Origin: Azolla caroliniana | Lineage: Eukaryota > Plantae > Polypodiophyta | Length of the DNA: 64,000 nt | Direction of reading: 5' to 3' | NCBI GenBank assembly: GCA_043228905.1 | Contig: JBHGNT010000016.1 | Coordinates: 15,872,001 to 15,936,000, forward strand | Shown: positions 49,563 to 62,149 of the stretch, piece after piece | Position numbering within the stretch: the first letter of the stretch is position 1 | Layout of the letters: each line of letters starts with the position of its first letter | Program-made: the position numbers and the translations under genes | The notes under the pieces: model-generated | Databases searched by the model: none | What the model was told of the DNA's origin: nothing | What the model saw: only the letters and a program-made list of their open reading frames with translations

Positions 49563-52500
49563 TTACTCATCATGGTCGATGTGCCTCCGGATCTCGAAGA
49601 GTCTCCAAAGGGTCCATCGATGGTTGGAATGCTCTGGCTCTAGCTCTTCTAGCCCATCCCTCCTCATCTTCTCGCTTGGAAGTAAGAGCTCCATCTGTGG
49701 ATAATAATCAATGGGAGCATGGGGTATGACAGCCACTTTACCTTCCAGCATCTGCACCACACTACTCATGCTTGGCCGGTTCCTCGGATCGGTTTGCACA
49801 CACAACATGGCTACCTCTACCATCCTCAATGCTTGCTCCCCATCATATATCTTTGCACCACCGATGCCATAGTTCATGAGTCTCTCGTCCACGAGCTCCA
49901 TCACACCCTCATGAGGATCCAACCTCATATCTAGCGTCTTCCTCAATGCCCTCCAATCTCTCACTCTCCTCCCACTCACGATCTCCAGCAACACAATCCC
50001 ATAACTATACACATCACACTTCTCCGTGATGGCCCCGTCTGTTAGCCACTCGGGTGCCAAGTACCCTGGGGTTCCCCTCATTATGGTTACCACTGCACTC
50101 TGTTCATCTCGTACCACTCTCCGGGACATTCCGAAATCCGATATCTTAGGGAAGAAATCGACTCCCAAGAGTATGTTCTGCGGCTTGAGATCCATGTGTA
50201 TGATTCTGTCCTCACATTCTTCATGCAAGTAGGCCAGGCCTTTTGCGGTACCCAGGGCTATAGCAAACCTGCGCCCCCATGACAAGATCAGTGGCTGCTT
50301 TTCGGCCTTAATCTCCTCGGATTCTGGAGTAAAATTGGGCGTTTTACTGAAGATCCAAGCATCCAAAGAGCCGTTTTCCATGTATTCATACACGAGTAGC
50401 TTGTGGGTGGCACCTTCTAGGCAGAAGCCAACCAAGCGAACCAGTTGAAGATGGTGAGTCCGGCCCAGAATTGAGACCTCGGCTATGAACTCTTTATTGC
50501 CCTGTTGACCTCCATCGATGAGTTGCTTCACGGCTATGGGAGTGCCATCCTCCATAGCTCCTCGGAAGACATTGCCAAAACCACCACCCCCCAGTGAGTC
50601 CGAGAAACCACAAGTATATTCGTGCATCTCCTTCCATGTGAATCGTCGGGGCTTCGAGACCAGAAGTGAGTCACCTAGGAGCTCCTTTTCGATCTCATAA
50701 TCTTCTAGTCGTCTGGCTTGTAATCTTCGTCTCCTGTGCACATATCCTCCACCCACGAACATAGCGATGATAAGCACAAAGACACCTAATGATACTCCTA
50801 TTGCGATGGGTTTGGTTAGCAGAGGAGTACTGGGTGAAGAAGTAACTGGGTCCTTCATGAATTTCAAGTATCCTATAAATTCCTTGGTTGCAGAAGCGTT
50901 GAATATGATGGTGGCTATGGGACCCTGGATGAGGAAACAAGAACCATTCAGTTTCGACTCCCAGAATGTGGCCGTGCAAGCGCAGTTGTCCAGACAGTGA
51001 TTTTCCCAGCAGTCTTGGGCCTCGATTCCGGTGTGATCGGGAGGGAGGAATGCATTGGAGAAGTAGCTGGCCCCTGCTATGATTGAACCTCCCAGCAGAT
51101 TAGATCCATGGACACAAGATGAAGGGGACGGTTCTCCATAACCCGCCTTGAACTTGCAGCCTAATTTGGAATTATTGTTGGAATCCTGGAGCTCTAATTC
51201 ATTCGGCCCACCACAATCCGGATTGCAAATTTTCTTCTCTTTGTCACATACACCATAGAATCCGCAGAAGAGAGGCAATTGGCATGGATTTATATGGCTG
51301 CTTTCGGAGAGATTGGCGAATTCTGTCCAAACCGCAGTGCTGGGTAATCTGGTATCATTAATCGTGTACGCGTGAAGGTCTCCATCACTCTCCAGCCTGA
51401 GGAATGTGGCATATGTTATGTTGAAGCCGTCACCGTGAATATCAGCATCCTTGAATATGATGGGCATCGAGCCAATGACGGGCGTCGATTGTTGAGCTCG
51501 CCTTCTGCAGTTCTCTGGCGAGATTTGGTTGTATTTTGAAATTATGTCGGAACTGTATGAGTTTGATTGAAATCTTTATGTCAATGAGATTTTCTAACTA
51601 CTATACATATGTGGAATGTGGCGGGAATTCATTACAAATCCTTAATACTAACCCGTCGATTGTTGATGGAACAATATCCAATTGGAGACTGCTGTGGGGG
51701 TCCGGATACCAGCACAATACTGCTGCATAATCGTAGGAGCGATTCAGTTCTTGTGTATCATTGACAGACCAAACCAGATAAGGATGTCCGTATCCGCCGT
51801 AATCTGTAGTACTATGAGAGGCATTGTTATTGAAGGCTTTGTATTGTATCTTGGTATAGAGTGTTAGGGTCCCGTTCTTGTCGATGGCTAGGGTGTAGAT
51901 GGCAGTTTTGTTGGTAGATTCTGTGGTGGAGGCGGCGGTGAGATTCATCCCAGGCCGAAGGGCTTGCAGCACCATGAGCGTGTCGGTGGGATGATCGTAT
52001 GATTGCCACAGTATCTGCTGTTTCAGAGTAGAGTCGCTAGGACCTGTGGTGTTAGTGAAGAGGACCAGGTTTCCCTCATACGTGATGGTGAGGGATGCAT
52101 TGGTAAAACCGGGAGTATTGGTCTGCCACACGACCGAGCCGTTCCTGTCGTAATCCACGAGCCGTAGATTGCCATTGTCACGGGAGAGGTGGAGGCAGGC
52201 GTTCTCGCCCACAGGGTTGTCGGCATTGGCCGTCCACACGACTTTCCCTTTGTTCGCGTCCTGAGACGCCTTCCCAAAGGCTTTGAAGGCGACGACGGAG
52301 AGGTAGTAGGAAGGGGTGCTGGTGCTGCACAGATCATCCGCGGAGATGACGAAGTAGAGGTCGAAGATGAGAGTGTAGTCGAAAAAAATATGTCCCGACA
52401 AAATGATGGCCGAGCGACCGTGCAGCCTCTCCTGGGTGCTCAACACTTGTACAAGGGATCCATTGTTGCAGGAGCGAATCGTGGATGCGGCGAGGGTAAA

Positions 52501-52755
52501 GTCGCCCAGATCATGGGAGTAGGAGAAGAGGCTGTCGTTGACGTTGGAGGCGGGGAACTGGTAGGGGCCCTCAGCAGCAACGCTAGGAATGGATGTTATT
52601 AATAGTAGAAGAAGTAAAGGCGTGGCCGCCACACAGCAGCAGAAGGAGGAGTAGCCGCCCCTCCTCCTCCAAATGACATGAATTAAGTGTCCTTGCCAAT
52701 CCTTACTGTTATTAGCCAAGCCCTCCATGTGTAATGCTCTCTTTCTCTCTCTCAT
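49563..52755 (-). CDS. G-type (bulb) lectin S-domain receptor-like Ser/Thr kinase (SD2-like); putative intron 51553-51652
   Basis: Hydrophobic signal, VVWTAN, GNLRL/GNLVL, LWQSYDHPTDT, Cys-rich EGF/PAN, TM helix, LGGGGFG, IAVK, IIHMDLKPQN, DFG, GTPGYLAPE; intact only if the intron is spliced. Confidence 0.85.
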
Positions 52756-52781
52756 ATCATAATCACACCCACATGTGCAAT

Positions 52782-52782
52782 G

Positions 52783-52833
<51 letters not shown>
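52782..52833. repeat. (CT)n microsatellite immediately upstream of the kinase
   Basis: Direct reading. Confidence 0.95.
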
Positions 52834-52838
<5 letters not shown>

Positions 52839-53787
52839 CGTGTCTATATAACCCACATGTTTTGAGCTATAAGAAGAACATGGACGACTCTCTTGTGGGT
52901 GTGTCTATATAAACCCACATTTTTTTATTTGTACGAAGATCTTTTGAGTTGTAAGAAGATCGACAACCTCTCTGTCGATATGAATGTTATACGGGGCCAA
53001 CACGTTTCCTTCTCTTTGGGTGCCAAGTACTGAGTTATCACGGGTGTACGTACGCTCCTTCGACGATGATGAGGTAGATCAAGCCAACATATTATTGTCG
53101 TATAGCAAAGTCGTAGTTTGCTTGTGTTTATGATGGTTGACTTTGAGAAATTGTTATTATTGAAAATGTTGACAATGGCACAATGATAGTGAAGCATGAT
53201 GCTTCAACTTTCTAGCTTGGTTCATTGTTCACAAGTTAGGTGGTCTACTCTTCCTACTCTTACAAAACTACCATATACCTAACATTGACTCTGGAAATAG
53301 GCGACGCCTCAAGAAACTTTTGTATTCCTAGTATTGACTTTGATAAAAAGAAGATGCCTTAAAATGCTACCTTTTTTAAGGTTGACCTTGGCAATTATAG
53401 GATATGCCTTAAAAAACTACCCTATCGCGATCATTGACTTTGGAATCCGAGATATCTTTTGCACTTAATGATGATGATACCTTACATATCATACCACTTT
53501 TGGAATTATTACTAAATTCCATGTGCGATTCCATAGAAGCTCTATTTAAAGAAAATATCATCTTTTGTATAAGGAGAATATGGCATTTTACCAACAAATC
53601 AACATTAAATATTACTAACTGGATTTAATAAAATTTAACTAGCCATTTTCCATCGAGTGTTAACATAACGTCTTGAAATTATATATACATTTGGTGTTAA
53701 CACATCTTGAAATTATATATACATTTGGAGATTTTGATATTTGTTCAATTTTGACTGCTATGTAGAGTCAAGATTTGTCACAATCGG

Positions 53788-54640
53788 TGTCATGAATACA
53801 TAAACATCATGGCTTCACTTAAGCTTGAACTTAAGACCTTATAATACATAATCAAGAACCCAACCATTAAGATAGCCTATGATCATATGAGATGATAAAA
53901 GCTACTTCTTGTAATACACTGATTATTGTAAATACTTTGGAACCTTCTAGAACATTCTAGAATATCCTAGAACATCTTAGAATATTCTAGGTCTAGAACA
54001 TTCTAGAACATTATAGAAATCTCTAGGCTATTCAATAAGAACCTATAAATAGGGGTATACATGTATTCTCAAATCAATTCGAATCAAACTGTCAGAACTA
54101 AGCAAGAGATTGAACGATTTAAGGAAGGTACAAGAGAATAGAAGAAGAGAGGAGAATAGATTGATAAGAGAAGAGTGGGTTTATTAGAATAGAATGATAT
54201 AGTAGAGTTTGGCTTAAGAGAGTATGGTCTTTATGCCAAACTGGAGAAGTGCAGTTTTGATTGCAAAGAAGTTGAGTTCTTGGGTTATACCATTTCATCC
54301 AAAGGTATCTTCATGGATCCCGTGAAAGTTCAAACAATATTGGAATGGCGTATTCCAAGTTCCGTCCGCGATGTCCAGTGTTTCCTTGGATTTTCCAACT
54401 TCTATCGCAAATTCATATGGAATTATTCAAAGATTGTATTTCCGCTCACTCAACTCACCAAGAAAAATCAAGCATTTGTTTCGACCCCTGAAGCAAAGAA
54501 AGCTTTTACTCGGTTGAAAGAGGCATTCGCATCAGCTCCTGTCTTAGCTCATGTTGATCCAGAAAAAGCCATTTACCATTAAGGTAGATGCATCCAACTT
54601 TGCATTGGGGAGCACCCTATCACAACCAGGCAAGGACGGG
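53788..54640 (+). mobile_element. Rearranged chromovirus fragment: U3(+), inverted PBS/U5, RT-RH fragment
   Basis: 53788-54087 is the reverse complement of 57059-57354; 54076-54197 matches 40074-40195; 54214-54640 encodes LREYGLYAKLEKC... Confidence 0.85.
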
Positions 54641-56269
54641 TAGTTCTACCAATGCACCTTTATAGACTTGATGTGATTTTGGTTTTCATGCATCACTATG
54701 TCCAAAACTGAATCAAGGAATCGTGATCAAATGAGTCATGGTCCTATTTCTATAGGCCAAATATGGGTTTTGGGACTAGCCATTCAAGGTCTATCTATTA
54801 GGATTGGGATTGGTGTTGACACTTGTAGTGTCTAGTTGACTACTGTGTGTAGTTAGTTGGTCGATTGTTGTGGAAGCGAGTGAGGATCTTGTCAAGGAAC
54901 AAGCAAACGTAGAGTAAGTGTGAGGTTGTGTGTTTTATATTGCTGCTAGTTATGTTGAAATGCACAGAGAATACACAGAGAAAGACAACCAGTTGGCAAA
55001 GAGAAGATTTTTGTTCATCATTAATTTGTACAAAAAGGAGTACGTCTTATTTATACATTAGTGGGCTTAGCTATAACTCCAAGGTGAGTATTCACACAGA
55101 GTATTCATAGAGAATACAATATTCACACAGAAAGAGAGACCGTTACATAGGTAGTTAGGCTAAAGAGACATTGAATTATTTTGCATCATCTACACAAGGA
55201 GGACTTGTACCTCCTATTAACACAAGAGTGGGCTATTCCCTAACTCCAAGGTGAGTACACAGTTAGACGTACAATGGTCGGGTTGGAGTAGGACCTTTTA
55301 GTCCAATAGAGAGCTCAAGATCAAGATCAAGATGGGAATTAAGGAGAAGACAGACTCAACCATAGTGGTCAAGAACAAGGACACGAAGAAGCCTTAGACT
55401 GAAGGCTTGAGATAAAGGAAACTATGTAGGAGACTAAAGTGGAGTGTTATCCATGGTACAATAGGAACAAGGTGTGAAAAGGATTGTAAAAGACAAGTGC
55501 ATAGGACAAGTGTGAAAGTAGGAAACAAAGCCAAGCACTAACAACCGAGGGAAGTAATTGATTACAAGCAACCGAACACAGAAGCCAAATATCAAGAGGA
55601 AGTAGTTGGAACGCGCCGAGTTAGGTGAAAGCTATATAATCAAGAAGGGGTGAACATAGAAAGGGGAATCAGTAGAGACAGAATATACTAGTTAGGAGCC
55701 CAGAGTGATAGAGCCTAACTCTAGATTTGTATTGAGTGAGTGAGTGCGACAGATGCTACTCGGTCTTTTGTACTATCATTATATTATCTGTTAATAATCA
55801 AATACTTATACTTGTGGGTCAATCTCTGTGTTTGTCTCATTCTAAATCTATCGTTACTTATTGCGGCCCGGTCTGTAAAATGTGATTATGAATAGGTTGT
55901 GGTCATTCTCGAAGTGTCCATTAAAGGGTGTAACAATTTGATCCCTACTTTAGTCTCTTATCACGATTCCTTGACCAAATTACTCAGGAGGAGTAATCAA
56001 AGGTGTTCTCCAGGGGGGAGCAACATAATTTGGCATGCTCGGTTCACGTTGTGAGGTCACAACGAATAACGCGTAGGAGAAACCCTAGTCACCATAACGA
56101 CACCCACCTGTGGCACATGCTCTTGGCTACCGTCATGATGTGCCGAACAAGCAGAATGCATCTCCAATTCAATGCTCACACAACAATCACCACCACCGGC
56201 ACTAGATGCTCAATCGACCACGGGCCCTGACCCCGTTTCGCCTTGTAGCCCCTCTGAAGTCAACCAAGC

Positions 56270-57354
56270 CAAAGAAAACTCCTTGAGATGAGACAAAAAT
56301 TGGCTGCATATGTCGATGCTGGCTGATCACCTTGACGTAGTGTACGAATCTTGGTGATCGTTGTTCTTGCACCATTTGTATCTGCAAAGTTAGCCTTAAA
56401 TTCTTTGACAAATTCCTCAAAGTTATGGAGTAGAGGAGAATTTGTCTCTAATAATGGAGCAAACCATGACAACGCTATGCCAGTCAATAAGGTGCCCACT
56501 AACCCGACTCGAGATGCATTTGTCGGATAACGTCTGGGATTCATTTGAATTACCAACCGCACTTGATTCAAGAAACCTCGGAAATGCGCCCTCGAACGAT
56601 CATCAAATTTAGCGAGGAGGCTCATTTTGGGCTCCTTGATAATTCCTTGACCTTCAACCCTTTGTTGCTGTAAAATTATGATTGTTGGCTCTAGTTGTTG
56701 CACCCGTCCCGTAAACTCCTCTTGTTGTTGTTGCTTCTCCACAGTAACCTTTTGTAGATCTCCAAGAAGACGTTGATTCTCTAATTCAAGAGATGCAAAC
56801 TTGGATTTAAGATTCTCTATTTCAACAACAAGGGTGAGATATTCTTCTGAGTTGATAGCAGCCATGGTTTCGTGATATTTATAGAGGAGGATAAAGGAGA
56901 GAAATTCGAATCAAATTGTCAGAAACACGAGAGAAGATAGACTGACGGAAGAAAGATATAAGAGATCACAAGAAGAGAGGAATGAAAAGATAAGAGAAGA
57001 ATGAATGTATTAAGATGAGAATGGGTACAAGACGAGCGATGCGAGCTTAAGATTGGTGTTGATTCAAATTGATTTGAGAATACATGTATGCCCCTATTTA
57101 TAGGTTCCTATAGACTAGCCTAGAGATTTGTATAATGTTCTAGAATGTTCTAGACCTAGAATATTTTAAGATGTTCTAGGATATTCTAGAATGTTCTTGA
57201 ATGTTCCAAAGTATTTACAATAATCAGTATATTATGAGAAGTAGCTTTTACTATCTTATATGATCATAGGTTATCTTAATGGTTGGGTTCTTGATTATGT
57301 ATTACAAGGTCTTGGGTTCAAGCCCAGGTGAAGCCTTGATGTTTATTCATGACA
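56270..57354 (-). mobile_element. Chromovirus 5' LTR (56917-57354) plus truncated gag
   Basis: gag 56260-56865 resembles 39416-40033; PBS 56903-56914. Confidence 0.88.
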
Positions 57355-58717
57355 TTGCCTGATCGGGATTGTCCAAATCAGCCTTCTTCTTCCAGCATTG
57401 GCTTTCTCTATTGCCTTTCCGGTCACAATACGAGCATTCCTTCGTGGCCTTCGCTTGTTCGTTTGCGGCGCCACCTTGTCTGCCCCTGCTCGTTGAGGGT
57501 CCAAAATTGTTGTTGGCATGTCGATTATGGCTCTGGATTTGCTCTTGTCGGCCGCCATCATTGCGTGCCAATCCACCATGGGGTATATCCGCCTCCATGT
57601 ACAACATCTAACTATAAGGTTATGTGCTCCTTCACACACTTGCGTGGTTTTCTTTGACCATAAGCATCGATTGCAGGTTGAAAAACGATGGTGGTTTCTC
57701 CCTTGTGCAAATAGCCATCCGGATCGGCTTGTACCTCTGAGCTGGACAACTAAGGCAAATTTGTACCATTTCGTCCTCATCCCCCATTAGATTGATGGAC
57801 CCCAAGGCATCACAGATTTCCTTGATCTTCATGGTGTAGTTGGTCACTGTCATATCCCTCTGTTAGATATTGTTGAGCTCTTGACAAAGTTGTAACTTAC
57901 GGGCCATGGTACTCGCGACGAAAATCTTTTTCAGATTGCCTCCTTCGGCGTCTCGAATGTAACCGAGCATTTGGTTGCACACACAGGATGCAAGGCAGTA
58001 CAAGAATGTACTTGTCGCCTGCTCCCACACTGGAAAATCCTTGTGTGCTGGTTCTAGCGCAACTTCGTTTTCTCCATGGATGTAACTCCAGTAGCCATGC
58101 CTAAGCAAGTACGGGTGCATCGTGTACTCCCAAGACACATACTTGCTTCTATCCAAGTTCTTTGTTGGAAGAGCACAACCGATTCCGTAGTCCATTTTCT
58201 TCTTGTCTGTTCTTGTCCGAGGATTAGGGTTTGTCTGTGTTGAAACACTTGTTAGCAGCAAAGGATTCTCAACCCTCGCGCTCTAATACCATGAAAAGAT
58301 TTATGTGTAGAAGCGTAATAGAACACAACTGGTTCAATTGGATAGAATTAGACAAAAACACAGAGAAGAAATGGAGATACACAAAACACAGGAGAGATAG
58401 AGAGAGCAGAAGACTAAAAGCTTAGATTCAAATAATGTGTTCTCTATATATACAATGTGCTTAGTGAGCACTATTTATACAAGTCCTCAAAAGGATTGAC
58501 CAAAGTATTGACAAGTACTTCAATGCTCTTAAAGAGATTCTGACACTAACTCCCAAAAATATAACTACCTACTAAACTAGGAGTGTAGGCCTCTAAGGGC
58601 CTATTGGCTCCCCATGAATCTGGTTCTTTGATTCGGCTCTCTGATTTGGCTCACCGATCCGATCTGGCTCTTAGCTTATTCAGCCGATCCGTTCCATGTT
58701 GAGCTTGCCTCTCAACG
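57355..58717 (-). mobile_element. Ty1/copia 5' LTR (58292-58717), PBS and gag fragment
   Basis: Met-type PBS GCTCTAATACCA 58280-58291; gag resembles 15162-16070. Confidence 0.85.
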
Positions 58718-61700
58718 TCCAGCCTTCTTCCTCTATGAAGCACCCGACGTGAGTAAATCAAACTTGCATGCCCTAGTTGACAATTTGTTCGACTGTCACC
58801 AAGTTCTTGGTGATTGTCGGCACATGCAAGACATTTCTCATGATTCCTCCCTAGCCGACATGGCTCAGAGGGACATTGTTGAATACGGGTTTCTAATGGA
58901 CGTATTCACACTGTCTCCTTTTGTACACACTAGGCTTAGGCTATTTATGTAGATAGTGAGAAGGGCAGTTGCCCTAAGTCAGTCAACTTATAAATTGACT
59001 TTGTAAACCAATTAGTGGGTTGTTGCTTTAGGTGGTAATATACTCGTTACAGTGTGTTTATCTGTCTCTCTCCTTGGCATCTGGCAATGGAGTCCGAATA
59101 GAACTACATTCACGCAAACAAGACTTGGGATCTGGTCGAATTACAACAAAATCGACGCGCTCTTCCATGTAAGTGGGTCTATCGAATCAAGGAGACGTCC
59201 GATTCGGCCACCCCAAAATTCAAAGCCAGACTAGTAGCAAAGGGTTTTTGACAGTAACAAGATGTCGATTTCGACGAAATTTTTTCGCCAATGGTGAAAA
59301 TAAAAACCCTTTGGTTAATGCTCGGCGTAGTGGCAGCCGAAAATTTGGAGCACAACACATTTTTGGTATGAAGATAAGTCGGAATCACAATCAACGCCAA
59401 TCGTTTCTGTCCTAGTTCGACTACATTGCACGTGTCCTCGAACGCTTCAACATGCCATCGGCGAAATCTACCTCTAACCCACTTCTTATTCATACTCAGC
59501 TATCTTAGCGAGACTGCCTAACATCCGGTTCGGAGGAGGAAATTATGAAGTCGGTACCGTATGCACATGTAGTTGGTTCCCTAATGTATGCGATGGTCGC
59601 GACACGACCTGATATCGCTGACGCCGTTGGAGTCGTCAACAGATTTATGCATAATCTTGGCCGATCGCACTGGAACGCAGTCAAGCATGTGTTTAGATAT
59701 TTGGTGGGCACAAAAAACCTTGGTATTCTGTTCGGCCCGAACGACATCTCAAGCGTAGTCGGAAACACCGACTCATACTTTCCAGGTTGCATAGACAGCC
59801 GTAAATCGACAACCAGATATTGTTTTAAGCTCAGCAATGGAGCGATCTCGTGGAAATCGAAACTTCAGGAGTGCACTGCCACATCAACGACCGAGGAAGA
59901 ATACGTAGCCACGTCCGATGCGGCAAAAGAGGCCTTATGGCTCGGTCGATTGGCCTGCACGTTTTGACAAGCTGAAATCGGCTCGGCTCCAATTGTGTAC
60001 AGTGACAGTCAGGGTGTTGTTGCTCTGTCGAAAAATCCGGTTCATCACAACGCCTCCAAGCATATCGATGTTCGATATCATTTCGTTAGGGACGACATCA
60101 TTTTAGGGAAAATCGGCCTTGAGAAAGTACCTACAACCGATAACGTTGTGGACACAATGACCAAGTGTCTACCGGTGGATCGATTTTGATCCCTTCGGCA
60201 TCGAATGGGTGTAATGAAGAATCAGTTTGATTAAATCGGACACACAGGACGTTTCTCAAACAATAGACCTGGATAGTTCGAACTTCGGCTTCAGTCTCTC
60301 CGAACTCGGCCAATTCAGCCTTTTGTTCTTCGGAGTTCATCGACTCGAACGTATTCTCGATTGTTCGTAAACCTTGTATCAATCTATATTGCATATTCAT
60401 TTCGGATTACAGATTTCGGTTGTATACGCCCATTACGGGGGAGTGTTGACTACGGGTTTCTAATGGACGTATTCACACTGTCTCCTTTTGTACACAGTAG
60501 GCTTAGGCTATTTATGTAAATAGTGAGAAGGGCAGTTGCCCTAAATCAGTCAACTTATAAATTGACTTTGTAACCCAGTTAGTGGGTTGTTGCTTTAAGT
60601 GGTAATATACTCATTACAGTGTGTCTATCTGTCTCTCTCCCTCTCTTACCTACTAGTTGTATTGTTTTGTCTTTGCTGCCATCAAAGTTACGATCTTCCT
60701 TACATTGTCGATCTTATCCTAGAAGTGTGTCGATCTTGTTCCGCATTAGATGACGGTGATCCTAACAGATATCTCCGATATGTTCGATTGGATGAGGGGT
60801 GTTGTCCTTGGTTTCGATGACCCATAGTTGTTCCAGCTTCTCTCGAGTCGAGAACCATTCCTTATGGTCTGTCATGTGGTTGAATGCTCCCGAATCCACC
60901 TACCACACCTCGTTCGGCTTTGAGGTGCTCATCTTCATCAAATTGGCTTTGTGCTTAATTACGAAGGTAGGATCCGTTTCGGCTCACCCAGCTCCCTCAG
61001 CATAGTGGGATTGTTGCCGCCTTTCTCCATTGGCACGATTCAATTAAACTCTATCTGAATACGATTTCTTCTTCCAACACTCACTCTCGTTGTGACACTT
61101 CTAGCCACAATACCAACAATCGGTGGCTTTGTTTTGCCAGCTCTTGGCACCACCTTGACTCCCCCTACTCATGGAGGATCCACAGTTGTCGACATTTCCT
61201 TTGTGCCTCTGGTTCTGCTCGTGTCGATTGCCTCGTCCACCACGACCATGGGGTTTATCTGCCTATTTGTACAATATCTTGCTATCGACGTGCATGCTTG
61301 TTGACGCACTAGTGTGGTTCTCCTCTACAAAGAGCATTGACTGCAAGTCGATCCTTCTCTCTTGTGTAGATAGCCATTCGAATTGGCCCGTACTTCTAAG
61401 TTAAACCTCCAAGATAGATTTGTACCACCTCGTCTTCATCCACCGTCATGTTGATGGAGCCGAGTGAGTCATAGATCTGCTTGATCTTCATTGTATAGTC
61501 AATGATCAAAATACCTCCTTTTTGGATGGTGTTGAGCTCATGCCTCCTTTCCGGGTTGTGGTGTTGGTGGAGAAAACCCTCTTCAAATTCCCCTAGGCAT
61601 CCTTCGACGACTTCACATCTTTTATGTAGCTGAGCATCTGATCACTCACATTATTAAGGATAGGAATATAGGCCCTAATGTCCCATCGACCTATCCCTCG

Positions 61701-61820
61701 GTCAACCTAGTTGTCGGCTTCTTCAATGACTCTCTTTAGTCGACTCAATTGTTGGCTTCTCCAGCCGACCGGCCTATCGGCATTTAGTCGTTCGACTCAT
61801 GTTGAGCTTGTCTCTCAACA
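58718..61820 (-). mobile_element. Degenerate Ty1/copia gag-PR with LTR remnant (~61690-61820), hosting a nested element
   Basis: Reverse-strand WYVDSGAFNHM near 60870-60905; LTR start ..CTCTCAACA at 61820. Confidence 0.75.
58877..60767 (+). mobile_element. Internally deleted Ty1/copia (partial 5' LTR, RT-RH, 3' LTR 60444-60767)
   Basis: TSD GACAT/GATAT; VPYAHVVGSLMY..TRPDI, KHIDVRYHF; PPT 60436-60443. Confidence 0.85.
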
Positions 61821-62149
61821 GAACGACAATCTACTCCAAGGCATGATTTGTTGTCATCATCATCTCTTGTCTTTCCCCCTAAAGTTGGTGATAACTTCAA
61901 CAACATTGGAGGAACGAATAAGGATGGCTCACACACCTTTCTCCAAGAGCTCAAATCTTAGCGCTTCACCAAACTCACATCTTAATGGTGAAGAGGAGTA
62001 TTTCCAAGAAAATCTAAGAACATTAACGAAATCATGGAGATGATTGAACCAATGCTATTGGTTGATGTAGAAAATAATCATATTGATTATGAAATTATGG
62101 ATGATCATGCTCATGTTTTTGACTTAACCCCAGAGATGGCTCATCATGG

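Noticed and set aside
54900-55935. Possible additional LTR(s) ending GGGTGTAACA at 55935
   Set aside because: LTR-like composition, but no start or TSD could be fixed by eye
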